Shown: positions 1 through 10,491 of the stretch, in pieces | How positions within the stretch are numbered: position 1 is the stretch's first letter | Layout of the letters: the number at the start of each line of letters is the position of its first letter | IMG/VR virus record: IMGVR_UViG_3300000203_000003 | Location: 77,979-141,978 of that record | Source of the DNA: a virus | Taxonomy: Duplodnaviria; Caudoviricetes | DNA: 64,000 nucleotides | Reading direction: 5' to 3' (one strand) | The notes under the pieces: model-generated | Database searches by the model: none | What the model was told of the DNA's origin: nothing | The model's input: the letters and a program-made list of their open reading frames with translations, nothing else | Made by a program: the position numbers and the translations under genes

Positions 1-181
1 TTCCATAGTCCCGGATGGCTTCGATAAGATTAATATTATGATGTCTATTTTCAGATGCTCTGCGAATATGAGTAGCCATCCTGGATTCTGGATTCTTAGA
101 AACACCAATGTAACCTTCATTCAATGGATCAGTGTGTTCAATAAGGTGTAACCAATAGACAGATGCTTCAGAATAATTCAT
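1..181 (-). CDS. GIY-YIG homing-endonuclease-like protein, 5' part (runs off window)
   Basis: Not in ORF track. Manual translation from ATG at 181: MNYSEASVYWLHLIEHTDPLNEGYIGVSKNPESRMATH..., with VYW..GYIG..R motif. GATAAATA lies 5 nt upstream on the - strand. Confidence 0.75.
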   Translation of the reverse strand, partial: MNYSEASVYWLHLIEHTDPLNEGYIGVSKNPESRMATHIRRASENRHHNINLIEAIRDYG

Positions 182-332
182 GTCTTTATTTATCATTCTG
201 GAAACAATTAACAATTAAACATTAAAGGCACGGTTATCGACAATAACCGAACTTTTTTCAGCAAAAAGATAAATATTAGTATCATGCAAACAGGCCGTAA
301 GCCTCAAAATTTTACTTAAAGGAAACAATAAA

Positions 333-3300
333 ATGGCATTAACATCACCAGGCGTAGAAGTCACAATCATTGACCAAAGCCAATATCTACCAGCACCGGG
401 CGGTTCAGTTCCTCTTGTTATTTTGGCAACAGCGCAAAATAAGTCTGATGCTTCTGGTACTGCTGTTGCTGCTGCAACAACTGCAACAAACGCAGGCAAG
501 CTGTTCCAAGTTACAAGTCAACGCGACCTGGTCAACTTGTACGGTTCACCGTTCTTCTATTCTACAACGAATGGTACTCCTATTCAGGGTTACGAGTTGA
601 ACGAATACGGTCTACTTGCTGCTTACTCGTTACTCGGAGTTACTAATCGTTGCTACGTTTTACGTGCAGACATTGATCTGGCCAGCTTAGTTGGTCAAAC
701 AGGTCGTCCTACTGGTTTTGTTGATAACGGAACATACTGGTTAGACACAACTGATTCTACTTGGGGCATCTATCAGTTCAATGCGGGTACAGGCAAGTTC
801 ACACTTCAAAGCCCGATCGTTATCACTAATCCCGATGATTTAACTGGCGGTGTTCCTCTGAACAGCATCGGTAATATTGGTGACTATGCAGTAAATACAC
901 TGCACACTTCGTCTTATCCTAGTGACCCTACATCAAGACAGTATTTTTACAAAACTACTCAAAATATTTGGACAACACTGGGTGGCGGATTATGGCGCGG
1001 CGACATTCCTACGGTTATCGGGAACAATGCGGTACCTTCCAATACTTTAGTCGCCGGTCAGTCATTCAATATCCATTGCAATGGTCTATATACTGCAACA
1101 ATTACTGTGCCAGATGATGGCGGCGGCTTCGGTTCAGTGGGGAGCGTGGCCGGTGTTATCCAGACTCTGGGTTGGTCAACTTTAACTGCTTCAGTTCGAA
1201 GCGGTAAATTATGTGTATTTTCAAAACAGCCAAAAACAGGCGCGCCCGTATATTTAAATTTTAGTTCCAGTTCTGGTTCAGTACTGGCTGATATCGGAAT
1301 TGCTGCAAACACAAATTTATATCAACCTAGTCTAATTTACGGCACTTCTGCGGAAATGCCGCTGTGGTCGAGCAGTCAGACGTACCCAAGACCAACCGGG
1401 TCTGTATGGATTAAAGTCGGGGCAGCGGGTAACGGACTGCAACCAGTCGTATCTAAATTTAATTCTACCACTCAACTATGGGTGAACAAGAATGTTTCTT
1501 TATACACATCAGACTGGGCTGCTAATGCAGAATTAGATGGATCAGGCGGTGCCGGCATTGCTGCTGGTACGGTGTATGCTCAATACAACTTTGATCTTCA
1601 ATACCCTTTAGGACCAGTTTATCTATACGAAAGATTGGCGACCGGCCCGACAGTAGTTACAGGAACAACAATTCCTACAACGTTCAGTGCAGGCACTATT
1701 ACAGTACAAGTTAGCACCCCTAGCGGCCCTAACTTAACAACCGCGCAAACAGTAACTATTACAGCACCGCTAGGCGCACAAGGCGCTGTCGGCTTCGTTA
1801 CAGCATGGTCCGCTGCTAATATTCTTTATACGACAGCAAGCGTTACTACAGACGGCGCAATTCAACTAACTCACACTGAAGGCGGAGCAATTGTTCTAGA
1901 TGACTCGATCGGCGGGGTTAGTAACGGAATAATCGCTGCAGCAGGATTTGTAGTTAATTCTACTACTGGATGCAAATATGGGCCTAGTGTTACCGCTGTC
2001 TTCAGTAATGCACCGTTAGTCGGCGGCCCCGGTACAAATGGTGAAGCAAGTGTCACCTCAGTCACAGGATCATATATTTTAAACGGTGCTGGTGTCGGTG
2101 GAAATGCGGGCACCGGTTACACAGTGGGAGATGTGCTTACTGTGCTAGGTTCTTCGCTAGGCGGAATTACTGGAGTAAACGATCTAGTAGTTGAGGTTGC
2201 CGCAGTCGGCGGATCGACTAATATCACAGCATTGGCATATGTGTCAGGTGCACCTTCTGCAATGTATACTACTCAATTGAGTAATTGGGTTGATTTTGAC
2301 TATATCTCGAACGAGGGCCCGCCTGTCGCTGACCCTGTTAACAACAAGAACTGGTTCTACAGCGTCACTGACGAAGTTGATATCATGGTTCAAAAGGGCG
2401 GCGCATGGGTTGGTTATGGCCAGACTAACTACGATAGTTCGGGTTTCCCGACGACAGGTGTTAACGCAACTGACCCGATGGGCCCGATCATTTCTGCATC
2501 TTCCCCGACTGTTCAGAATGATGGATCAGTATTAGTTTATGGTGATCTTTGGATCGATACAAGTGATCTTGAAAACTATCCAGTTATCTCTCGTTGGGAA
2601 GCAGTAGGTGATGTTGGTAGTCAAGTTGATCAATGGGTTCTGTTAGATAACTCTGACCAGACTAGTTCAACTGGTGTTCTATTTGCAGATGCTCGTTGGG
2701 CAACGGCTGATACAGTAAGTCCTACTCAGGATCCGATGGCAACTATCCCAGCATTGCTACAAAGCAGATATCTTGATCTGGATGCTCCTCAGGCAACTCT
2801 GTATCCACAAGGCATGTTATTATTCAACACACGCCGCTCAGGTTACAACGTCAAGCAATATCGTTCAGCATACTTCAACATGACTGACTTCCCAGGAGAA
2901 ACACTTCCTACAGAGAAGGCAGCATGGGTTACAGTAAGCGGTAATCAATCAAATGGTTCACCGTACATGGGTCGCAAGGCACAACGTGCTATGGTTGTTG
3001 AAGCAATGAACGCAATAGTGTCTACTAACACAGACATCCGTGATGACGATAACTTCTTCAATCTGATGGCAGCACCTAACTACCCAGAACTACAACCTGG
3101 TATGGTTACGCTGAACAATGATCGTGGTATGACTGGCTACATCATCGGTGACACACCGCTAAGATTAGCAGCAAGCGCAACTGACATTCAAGCTTGGGCT
3201 ACTAATGCAGCTGGTGCTACTGGAACAGGCGAAGCAGGTTGCGTAACACGCGACACTTACTTAGGTCTGTTCTATCCAAGTGGTATTACATCTGACTTGT

Positions 3301-3908
3301 CAGGTAACTTGGTTGCAGTGCCATCGTCACACATGATGCTCCGTACATTCTTGCGTAACGACAGTATCGCTTATCCTTGGTTAGCTGCTGCTGGTACTCG
3401 TCGTGGTATCATCGACAATGCTTCTAACATTGGTTATCTTGATGCTGCAACAGGCGAGTTCCAGACTATTAAAACAAGTCTTGGTCTTCGTGATGTGCTG
3501 TATACAAACTTCATCAACCCAATGGTGTTCTTCACCGGAGTTGGTCTGTTGAACTACGGTAACAAGACAAGTTTCAACTCGTCTAGTGCCCTTGACAGAA
3601 CTAACGTTGCTCGTTTAGTTGCGTACATTCGTCGTCAGTTGACATTAGCGGCTCGTCCGTTTGTGTTCGAACCGAACGATGCAGTGACACGTAATCAAAT
3701 TGGCGGTGTTGTTCAGACATTGATGGCTGACTTGGTTGCAAAACGTGGTCTATATGACTATCTGGTTGTGTGTGATGAATCAAACAACACACCTGCTAGA
3801 ATTGACAGAAATGAACTTTGGATTGATGTTGCGGTTGAACCCGTGAAAGCTGCTGAATTCATTTACATCCCGGTTCGTATTCTGAACACGGGTGAATTGA
3901 GCGCATAA
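333..3908 (+). CDS. gp18: Contractile tail sheath protein with large central insertion
   Basis: N-term LTSPGVEVTIID; C-term PWLAAAGTRRG, LDRTNVARL, FEPND, VVCDESNNTPARIDRNELWIDVAVEPVKAAEFIYIP; SD AAGGA. Confidence 0.95.
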   Translation: MALTSPGVEVTIIDQSQYLPAPGGSVPLVILATAQNKSDASGTAVAAATTATNAGKLFQVTSQRDLVNLYGSPFFYSTTNGTPIQGYELNEYGLLAAYSLLGVTNRCYVLRADIDLASLVGQTGRPTGFVDNGTYWLDTTDSTWGIYQFNAGTGKFTLQSPIVITNPDDLTGGVPLNSIGNIGDYAVNTLHTSSYPSDPTSRQYFYKTTQNIWTTLGGGLWRGDIPTVIGNNAVPSNTLVAGQSFNIHCNGLYTATITVPDDGGGFGSVGSVAGVIQTLGWSTLTASVRSGKLCVFSKQPKTGAPVYLNFSSSSGSVLADIGIAANTNLYQPSLIYGTSAEMPLWSSSQTYPRPTGSVWIKVGAAGNGLQPVVSKFNSTTQLWVNKNVSLYTSDWAANAELDGSGGAGIAAGTVYAQYNFDLQYPLGPVYLYERLATGPTVVTGTTIPTTFSAGTITVQVSTPSGPNLTTAQTVTITAPLGAQGAVGFVTAWSAANILYTTASVTTDGAIQLTHTEGGAIVLDDSIGGVSNGIIAAAGFVVNSTTGCKYGPSVTAVFSNAPLVGGPGTNGEASVTSVTGSYILNGAGVGGNAGTGYTVGDVLTVLGSSLGGITGVNDLVVEVAAVGGSTNITALAYVSGAPSAMYTTQLSNWVDFDYISNEGPPVADPVNNKNWFYSVTDEVDIMVQKGGAWVGYGQTNYDSSGFPTTGVNATDPMGPIISASSPTVQNDGSVLVYGDLWIDTSDLENYPVISRWEAVGDVGSQVDQWVLLDNSDQTSSTGVLFADARWATADTVSPTQDPMATIPALLQSRYLDLDAPQATLYPQGMLLFNTRRSGYNVKQYRSAYFNMTDFPGETLPTEKAAWVTVSGNQSNGSPYMGRKAQRAMVVEAMNAIVSTNTDIRDDDNFFNLMAAPNYPELQPGMVTLNNDRGMTGYIIGDTPLRLAASATDIQAWATNAAGATGTGEAGCVTRDTYLGLFYPSGITSDLSGNLVAVPSSHMMLRTFLRNDSIAYPWLAAAGTRRGIIDNASNIGYLDAATGEFQTIKTSLGLRDVLYTNFINPMVFFTGVGLLNYGNKTSFNSSSALDRTNVARLVAYIRRQLTLAARPFVFEPNDAVTRNQIGGVVQTLMADLVAKRGLYDYLVVCDESNNTPARIDRNELWIDVAVEPVKAAEFIYIPVRILNTGELSA

Positions 3909-3910
3909 GA

Positions 3911-3928
3911 AATGCCCTTCGGGGCATT
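3911..3928 (+). terminator. cUUCGg hairpin after the sheath gene (terminator or stabiliser)
   Basis: AATGCCC-TTCG-GGGCATT; weak U-tract; followed by GATAAATA at 3931. Confidence 0.6.
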
Positions 3929-3957
3929 ATGATAAATAATATTAACAGGAGATTTAT

Positions 3958-4593
3958 ATGGCAACAGGATCAGCATCAATCGCAAACATGACAGTACCAA
4001 ATGGCGGCGCTGGTGAAACACTATTAATGCCTAAGCTACAGTTCCGCTTCAGAGTTCGTTTCAACGGATTCGGCTCAGGCGATGTAGGTACATTAACAAG
4101 ACAGGTCATTGATTGTTCAAGACCCAACGTCACTTTCCAAGAAATTACAATGCCGATTTACAACTCGACAATGTATCTATCTGGAAAACATCAGTGGCAA
4201 CCAATGACACTCAACCTTAGAGATGACGCCAGCGGCAAAATCTCTGCGGCAGTTGGTTCACAACTTCAGAAACAGTTAGACTTCGCTGAACAAGCAAGTG
4301 CAACAGCTGGTATCGATTACAAGTTTGAAACAGTTATTGAAATGCTAGACGGTGGCAATGGCGGAACAGAGCCGACAGTTCTTGAAACTTGGAGTCTTGC
4401 TGGTTGTTTTGTACAAGTAGCAAACTACAATACGTTGAACTACGCAACAAATGATGTGGTTACTATCGCATTGACTATTCGTTTCGACAACGCAGAGCAA
4501 TATGCAGGCCCATCAAGTTCAGCTACACTAAGCGGTTCAGTCGGCGCAGCAGTAAGAACAGCATCGACAACAGCAACTGGCAACGGCAAGTAA
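3958..4593 (+). CDS. gp19: Tail tube protein (T4 gp19-like)
   Basis: Follows sheath; FRFRVRF..SRPNVTF..YLSGKHQWQPMTLNLRDD..W.L.GCF..LNY..IALTIRFDNA tube pattern. Confidence 0.85.
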   Translation: MATGSASIANMTVPNGGAGETLLMPKLQFRFRVRFNGFGSGDVGTLTRQVIDCSRPNVTFQEITMPIYNSTMYLSGKHQWQPMTLNLRDDASGKISAAVGSQLQKQLDFAEQASATAGIDYKFETVIEMLDGGNGGTEPTVLETWSLAGCFVQVANYNTLNYATNDVVTIALTIRFDNAEQYAGPSSSATLSGSVGAAVRTASTTATGNGK

Positions 4594-4611
4594 TTTCAGT
4601 TAGACTGAAAT

Positions 4612-5745
4612 ATGTCAGGTCCAGTATCAGACTTTCTACAGGGTGTCGCCGGAGGATTCTTCGGCGGCCCTGTTTTACGGGATTACACCCACGCCTCTAA
4701 AACATTCCGAGTAAACAACTTTGAGAATGCGCCGAAGCTAAAATTTCTGTTCCATGTGAACTTTGAAGTCAACACCGAAGCTCTTCCTAACTGTCCTAGT
4801 GCTAACTGGGGGCTGGCGGTGAAGTCGATTAAGCTACCATCGTTCACTATGACTACTCATGAGATGAACCAGTACAATCGTAAGCGAATCGTTCAGTCAA
4901 AGATCAAATATGATCCAGTGGATATCACGTTCCATGATGATGCTGGTACTGCCCAGAACGGCGGAATGATCAGAAATCTATGGAAGCTTTACTATCAGTA
5001 TTACTATTCAGATTCAAAGAACCCTAAGATAATGATAGCGTCTAAAGCAGTCAACAGCGATAGTTCTAAGGGCTCGGGGTACAACAACAGAACGCAATAT
5101 GACAAGTCAATCACCGGCGATGAAAACTGGGGATATTCGGGAGAAGCATCTCCGTCAATGCCCGGATTAGTTAAAGTTCCGTTCTTTAAATCAATCCGTA
5201 TATTCGGATTCAATCAGCATAACTACGTCACATACGTTCTTGTTAATCCGATGATTACACGCTTTGGTCACGACACATATAACTATGCTGAAGGCAACGG
5301 CACCATGGAGAACACCATGACGCTTGATTACGAAACAGTAGTGTATGACTCTGGTGCAATATCAGGTGCTAACCCAGGTAACATGGTTCCGGGCTTCGGT
5401 GATGTTGCTAACTATGACAAAACCCTGAGCCCTATATCTCGCCCTGGATCAAATTCTACTATATTAGGCCCCGGCGGGTTAGTAGAAGGTGTAGAAGGGT
5501 TCTCTCAGGCAATATCAGAAGGCAACTATCTAGGTGCCCTTGGCATCGCAGGACAATCATACAATACATTTAAGAACGCAAACCTAGGTCAGGTTCTAAA
5601 GAGTGATGTGACTTCACAGATACTTGGCGCGATGAATAGTACACCTAATGCGAACAATCCATTCAAGATTCCATCTGGTTCTGATATAGGTGCAGCAGCA
5701 GCGAACCTTATAAATAAGCCACCCGCTATTCCACCTGATAAATAA
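4612..5745 (+). CDS. Tube-fold baseplate/tube-initiator protein (gp48/gp54-like)
   Basis: VKSIKLPSF..NQYNRKR..KYDPVDITFHDD..NPMIT.F.HD..Y..MTLDYE tube-like pattern next to the tube gene. Confidence 0.6.
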   Translation: MSGPVSDFLQGVAGGFFGGPVLRDYTHASKTFRVNNFENAPKLKFLFHVNFEVNTEALPNCPSANWGLAVKSIKLPSFTMTTHEMNQYNRKRIVQSKIKYDPVDITFHDDAGTAQNGGMIRNLWKLYYQYYYSDSKNPKIMIASKAVNSDSSKGSGYNNRTQYDKSITGDENWGYSGEASPSMPGLVKVPFFKSIRIFGFNQHNYVTYVLVNPMITRFGHDTYNYAEGNGTMENTMTLDYETVVYDSGAISGANPGNMVPGFGDVANYDKTLSPISRPGSNSTILGPGGLVEGVEGFSQAISEGNYLGALGIAGQSYNTFKNANLGQVLKSDVTSQILGAMNSTPNANNPFKIPSGSDIGAAAANLINKPPAIPPDK

Positions 5746-5749
5746 TATT

Positions 5750-6109
5750 ATGGCACGAATATTAGACACTCGCACAGCACTTGATAAAACAATCAGAATC
5801 TTTGATTCCTTTTACGCCTTCGATGCGGTAGTTAACGGCGATGAGTTTGATGTTGTCAGAGGCTACTTCAGATCAGTCTGTGGTAGTTTCAACATCGCTG
5901 ACAACATGACTGCGGTGCTATTCAGAATCGCGCAAGAGACTCACATTCCTGTGTTAGACTTGCTCGGATACATCAAGGGAACAACTAAGCTGGAGATGAA
6001 TCAGGTCATCTGCTACTATCTTAACAGCTTCAAATCAAAGACTTCTCTATACGGAGTAAGTGTGGTCCCGCTGGCAAATCAGCCGGCGTCACGAAACATC
6101 GTTCAGTAA
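5750..6109 (+). CDS. Hypothetical protein (structural module)
   Basis: ORF in late operon; GATAAATA 5 nt before ATG. Confidence 0.6.
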   Translation: MARILDTRTALDKTIRIFDSFYAFDAVVNGDEFDVVRGYFRSVCGSFNIADNMTAVLFRIAQETHIPVLDLLGYIKGTTKLEMNQVICYYLNSFKSKTSLYGVSVVPLANQPASRNIVQ

Positions 6110-6110
6110 C

Positions 6111-6548
6111 ATGGCTAAGTATGCCCAAGGTATCTTCACTCCTAAATTTCCTGAGAAGTATATAGGAAAGAAGGCACCGAAGTATCGTAGTTCGTGGGAG
6201 ATGGCCATTATGACCTTCTTCGATAACAACAAAAACATATTGAAGTGGGCCAGCGAGTCAATCGCTATTCAATATATTCACCCATACACCGGACGACCCA
6301 CCAACTATATACCTGACTTCTTTGTTGTGTATGTGAACAACACTGGTAAGCAATACGCTGAAGTTATCGAAGTCAAACCAAGATCACAAACTATAATGTC
6401 TGAAGCCAAGAGTAAAGGCGATCAGCAGCAAGTCGTTATCAACACGGCTAAATGGCAAGCAGCAAAAGCATACTGTAATCAGCACGGCTTTGCCTTCAGA
6501 ATAATCACGGAGCATGATATTTTTAGTAACGGCAGACCCAAACGATAA
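6111..6548 (+). CDS. gp4: Head completion nuclease (T4 gp4-like, TnsA-N/PD-(D/E)XK)
   Basis: G.F.P..PEKY.G..YRSSWE..KWASE..Y.PDF..IEVKP..NTAKWQAA..F.IITE; start set to ATG 6111. Confidence 0.85.
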   Translation: MAKYAQGIFTPKFPEKYIGKKAPKYRSSWEMAIMTFFDNNKNILKWASESIAIQYIHPYTGRPTNYIPDFFVVYVNNTGKQYAEVIEVKPRSQTIMSEAKSKGDQQQVVINTAKWQAAKAYCNQHGFAFRIITEHDIFSNGRPKR

Positions 6549-6555
6549 ATATCAT

Positions 6556-7029
6556 ATGACTAAAAAACTATCAGAACTTTTCCAGTTGCCAATTGACGAT
6601 GAAGAAACTATCGTTCCAGAACGAGCACAGGAAATAACAACAGCAGCCTATTCAAATCTTGAGAAGATTGAAGCAGCACTGCCCCAGGTCAGAGGGCTTG
6701 ATTCTGCTGACAACGAGATGGACGACCTTGCGCTACTTGCTCAAGAAAGCTACAAGGATCTAATGGATCTGGGCCTACAAGTGGAAGCACGATTCTCTGC
6801 TGAAATCTTCAACTCGGCCAGCACATTCCTGGGACATGCTATCACTGCTAAGACTGCGAAGATCAACAAGAAACTGAAGATGATAGATTTACAGCTTAAA
6901 AAGTTGAGTCTGGATCAAAAAACAGCATCAAACAATGAAGAAATCGAAGCAACACCAGTCGGTGAAGCCAGATTACTTGATCGTAATGAGATGCTAAAGG
7001 CGTTGACCGGCAAAACAACTCAACAATGA
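6556..7029 (+). CDS. Helical hypothetical protein (possibly terminase small subunit)
   Basis: Coiled-coil character, size and context only; start at ATG 6556, 4 nt after GATAAATA. Confidence 0.45.
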   Translation: MTKKLSELFQLPIDDEETIVPERAQEITTAAYSNLEKIEAALPQVRGLDSADNEMDDLALLAQESYKDLMDLGLQVEARFSAEIFNSASTFLGHAITAKTAKINKKLKMIDLQLKKLSLDQKTASNNEEIEATPVGEARLLDRNEMLKALTGKTTQQ

Positions 7030-7054
7030 TAAATATATAATACAGGAATATTCC

Positions 7055-7669
7055 ATGATTAGCTTAAAAACATACATCGCAGAAAGCGTCAGATCGTATA
7101 ACTATACGATTAAGATCGCCGGAGAGGTCGATAAAAACTTTATCGATTTGTTCAAGTACAACCTTAATAAGTTCGACCCGATCAAGATCAGTGACCCGAC
7201 CACTACGCCAGTTCAAAAGGACCCGTACGGTTTCCCGGGATTATCTAACCAGCCAGTAACGATCATCAAAGCTGAGTTTAGATACCCAGCAACTGAGCCG
7301 ATGATTCAACAGATTGCTATGCTACTTGGTCACAACATCAACATGGTCAGAGCAACGACTACTGACTTCAATGACAGCATCAACGCAGAGAATGACCAGT
7401 TTGCTAATCAAGCTGATCACAATCCGTTGCTACTTCACGGTGAGTTGGAAGACAACGGCAAAGAAGCTGCAAAAGAATATGGTGAATCATATCTGAGTTC
7501 TATCAAGAAACAATCAGAAGGATCGAAGATCGACATTCCGTATGAAGGTAAAAAGACCCCGGATTCGTTTGATCCGTTCAAGCAACCAGTCATTGATAAG
7601 AAGGGCACTGAAAGCCCTATGAGTAAGATTACTCGTCCCGCTAAGCCTGCGACAGGCGCTCGAAAATAA
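7055..7669 (+). CDS. Putative head-associated protein
   Basis: Late promoter and SD; N-term MISLKTYIAE-S resembles the cleavable tags seen elsewhere in the window. Confidence 0.5.
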   Translation: MISLKTYIAESVRSYNYTIKIAGEVDKNFIDLFKYNLNKFDPIKISDPTTTPVQKDPYGFPGLSNQPVTIIKAEFRYPATEPMIQQIAMLLGHNINMVRATTTDFNDSINAENDQFANQADHNPLLLHGELEDNGKEAAKEYGESYLSSIKKQSEGSKIDIPYEGKKTPDSFDPFKQPVIDKKGTESPMSKITRPAKPATGARK

Positions 7670-7682
7670 ATAAGGAAATAAC

Positions 7683-10412
7683 ATGAACATTTTAGACATG
7701 ATGAATAAGTTGACGGCGCTGTCACAACCACTTACTGAAGCAAAGAAGCCTTCTGAAGGAAATGCTTTTGATCTGAAAACAAAGACTACCCCTGAAAAAG
7801 AAAAAGCAAAGAGCTTTGTTCACAAGGGCAAGTATGGTATGGAATACCAAGGTGATCCTGATGATGAAGAACTAGATGACAATGGCAAGAAGAAAAAGAA
7901 AGCTGCTCCTGCTGCTGACGAAAAGCGTGGTCGTGGCCGTCCTAAGAAGGGCGCTGATAATGCAGGTAATGTCACTAAGCCTGACTGGTCTGCATTCGGT
8001 GCCAAGAAGGATGTCAAGCTACCTAAGTGGGACAAGAAAGCAACTAAGAAGCACTCGCTCAAAGACTGGATAGAAAATCTTGACACAGCACTTAACGAAG
8101 ATGGTCAATACACTTCGTCGCCGCTACCAGGCGCGACTGCTATCAAGAACCCACAAGGTCAACAAGTAGCAACAGCAACAACCCCTCAGGCTACTGCTGC
8201 TATGACTACTATGATTAACAAGGGTGATGTTGATCTTACAGATCCTAATAAGGCACTGAAAGAAGTCGGTAAAAATCACATGGGTGAAACAGAATATCAT
8301 GGCTACTACAAGTGGCGCGTTGCTTGCCGTAAAGCAGGTGCCGTAGAGTTTGTTGGTGACAAAGACATTGACGAAGGGCACGACGCCAGTGGTCAGGCAG
8401 TCGGCGAATGGGACGGCGTAGTCGGTTCAGTATACGGTGACGCACACAAATCTCGTCCGGTACCAGCTGGAATGAATGAAGCAAAAGCTAAGAAAGATTA
8501 CGACCAAGATGGTAAAGTCGAAGATGAAACAGCAGAGTATAAAGGTCTGTCTGGTAAAGTAGCCGCTGCTAAGAAAGCTAAACAAGTTGAAGAAGCTAAG
8601 AAAGCTAAGCCAGACTTCCTTGATGTAGATAAAGACAAGAATAAGACAGAGCCGTTCAAGAAAGCTGTCAAAGATGCAGCTAAGAAAGTAGAAGAATCTT
8701 CCACCGTCAACGGAAAAACCGAAGATCCTAAGTCATTGAGATGGAAACAGACCAGCATGAGCCCAGACGCTGCAACTGCGAAGTATGGCAAAGCAAACGT
8801 CAAGGTAACCAAAGGTGGGTTGAATAACGGTAAGGACATGGTTGAAGTTAAAGTTCCATTAGGTGAAGGTAAAGATGAAGGCAAACCAGGTAAGAATTTT
8901 GCTAAGATCGCTAAGTCAGCTGGTGAAAAATACGGTTCAAAAGCAGCAGGCGAAAGAGTCGCCGGTGCTGTCAAAGCAAAGCTTGCTAAACAAGGTAAGC
9001 TAGAAGAAGGCAAAGTAAAAGAACTCTCTATGGATCTTGAAGACCGTACAATGAAGGACGCAGAGTTCAAAAAGAAATATGGAAAGTCGAAGGCCGATAT
9101 GCAAAAGAGTTTGAAACCCGCTGACGCTAAGAAGCCAGCAAGCAAGATTAAAGAGAGTATCCTACGTGAATCACACGACACGATGAAACACATCATCAAC
9201 AAGTTCAAGCACGAAGTCAAGAAGTTCGTAGCCGGCGGTGACTTGGATGAGGATCTGTATGACGCACTGTATGATTACTATTGTGATCAAGGCGAAATGC
9301 CTTACGGCACTATGAAGGCACGTGATGGTGATCCATATGAATGGGTTACACAACGCTTTGATACTGATGTTCAAGACCATGATGTTCCAGTTGATGAAGG
9401 TGCGTATTCACAAGATTACTTCACTGCTAATAAGCCAAGTCCAGTGCGTCAAGCTGCTCAAGTACCAGCTAAACCTGCTCAGACTCCATGGAGCAGAGAT
9501 CCTATCGCTGCTGCTACAGACAGAGTGTATGACGTATTCAACAGACCTAAGGCAGGGACAGGTGATGTTCAGTTCGAAAGTTGGGCAAAGAGTCTTGACA
9601 ATCTGTTAAGCGAAGGCATGAATGTTGTTGCTAACACTGGATTAGGCGACGGTCCTGATTCAGTTACTATCTCGGCAACTGACGAAGATGCTTTGAAACT
9701 TCTGGCAATCGTTAAGTCTGCTGGTTTAGGTATGTTCGCCAATGATGATCAAGTAGGAGATGAAGGTTCACCTCAAATGTCTATTCAACCACAGAACAAC
9801 CCTGATGCAGAGATTGGTGTAGTTGATGATCACGATGATATGCTCGGACTCATTCGTAAGATGACGGGTCAAGGTAATGCAGGTCAACAACCCGGTGCTA
9901 TGGAAGTCGAAGTAGACGAAGAACAAGGAATGAATCCTGGCGAAGCACAAGGATATCAGGATGAAGAAATGGCTGCAGAAAACACTCCTACATTCGGTGA
10001 AGTCGAGCCTGATCAAGAAGGATCATCAGAGGAAGAAGTTCAACAAGCTACTGACAAACTAGAAAAAGTACATGATGTATGGAGTCAGGCAGATTCTGAC
10101 GACGGTGAAGAATCTTCTGAAGACGAAGGTGAAGAATCAGCCGAGGAAGAAGAATCCGCTGAAGAAGAAGATGAAGAATCCGCTGAAGAAGAATCCGCTG
10201 AAGAAGAGGAAGAGGATCTAGACGAAGCATACGCAAATGGTGCTGAAGATACTTTTGAATCTGACATCGACTTCATGCAGAACGTCATCTCTGGTGGTGT
10301 TAACGGCAGAAAGCGCACACAATCAGTTGGCAACCCCGTGACAATCGCATCGACTCCGATGAAAGAATCGACTGATTTACTGTCTGACTGGAAAAAGTTA
10401 GCAGGCTTCTAA
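7683..10412 (+). CDS. K/E-rich putative prohead core/internal polyprotein
   Basis: AT-hook-like KRGRGRPKK, DxDxDG-like loops, many [LVIM]-x-E-[AGSD] sites, acidic tail, ends KKLAGF. Confidence 0.5.
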   Translation: MNILDMMNKLTALSQPLTEAKKPSEGNAFDLKTKTTPEKEKAKSFVHKGKYGMEYQGDPDDEELDDNGKKKKKAAPAADEKRGRGRPKKGADNAGNVTKPDWSAFGAKKDVKLPKWDKKATKKHSLKDWIENLDTALNEDGQYTSSPLPGATAIKNPQGQQVATATTPQATAAMTTMINKGDVDLTDPNKALKEVGKNHMGETEYHGYYKWRVACRKAGAVEFVGDKDIDEGHDASGQAVGEWDGVVGSVYGDAHKSRPVPAGMNEAKAKKDYDQDGKVEDETAEYKGLSGKVAAAKKAKQVEEAKKAKPDFLDVDKDKNKTEPFKKAVKDAAKKVEESSTVNGKTEDPKSLRWKQTSMSPDAATAKYGKANVKVTKGGLNNGKDMVEVKVPLGEGKDEGKPGKNFAKIAKSAGEKYGSKAAGERVAGAVKAKLAKQGKLEEGKVKELSMDLEDRTMKDAEFKKKYGKSKADMQKSLKPADAKKPASKIKESILRESHDTMKHIINKFKHEVKKFVAGGDLDEDLYDALYDYYCDQGEMPYGTMKARDGDPYEWVTQRFDTDVQDHDVPVDEGAYSQDYFTANKPSPVRQAAQVPAKPAQTPWSRDPIAAATDRVYDVFNRPKAGTGDVQFESWAKSLDNLLSEGMNVVANTGLGDGPDSVTISATDEDALKLLAIVKSAGLGMFANDDQVGDEGSPQMSIQPQNNPDAEIGVVDDHDDMLGLIRKMTGQGNAGQQPGAMEVEVDEEQGMNPGEAQGYQDEEMAAENTPTFGEVEPDQEGSSEEEVQQATDKLEKVHDVWSQADSDDGEESSEDEGEESAEEEESAEEEDEESAEEESAEEEEEDLDEAYANGAEDTFESDIDFMQNVISGGVNGRKRTQSVGNPVTIASTPMKESTDLLSDWKKLAGF
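10129..10209 (+). repeat. Coding tandem repeat (SAEEE units)
   Basis: Recurrent GAAGAATCCGCTGAAGAA. Confidence 0.7.
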
Positions 10413-10425
10413 GAAGATAGAACAT

Positions 10426-10456
10426 AAAATAGCTCGGTTCGCCGAGCTATTTTTTT
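10426..10456 (+). terminator. Intrinsic terminator
   Basis: AAAATAGCTCGG-TTCG-CCGAGCTATTTTTTT. Confidence 0.9.
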
Positions 10457-10491
10457 GGATACAGTGTTTAGAGACAAACGATAAATACTTG

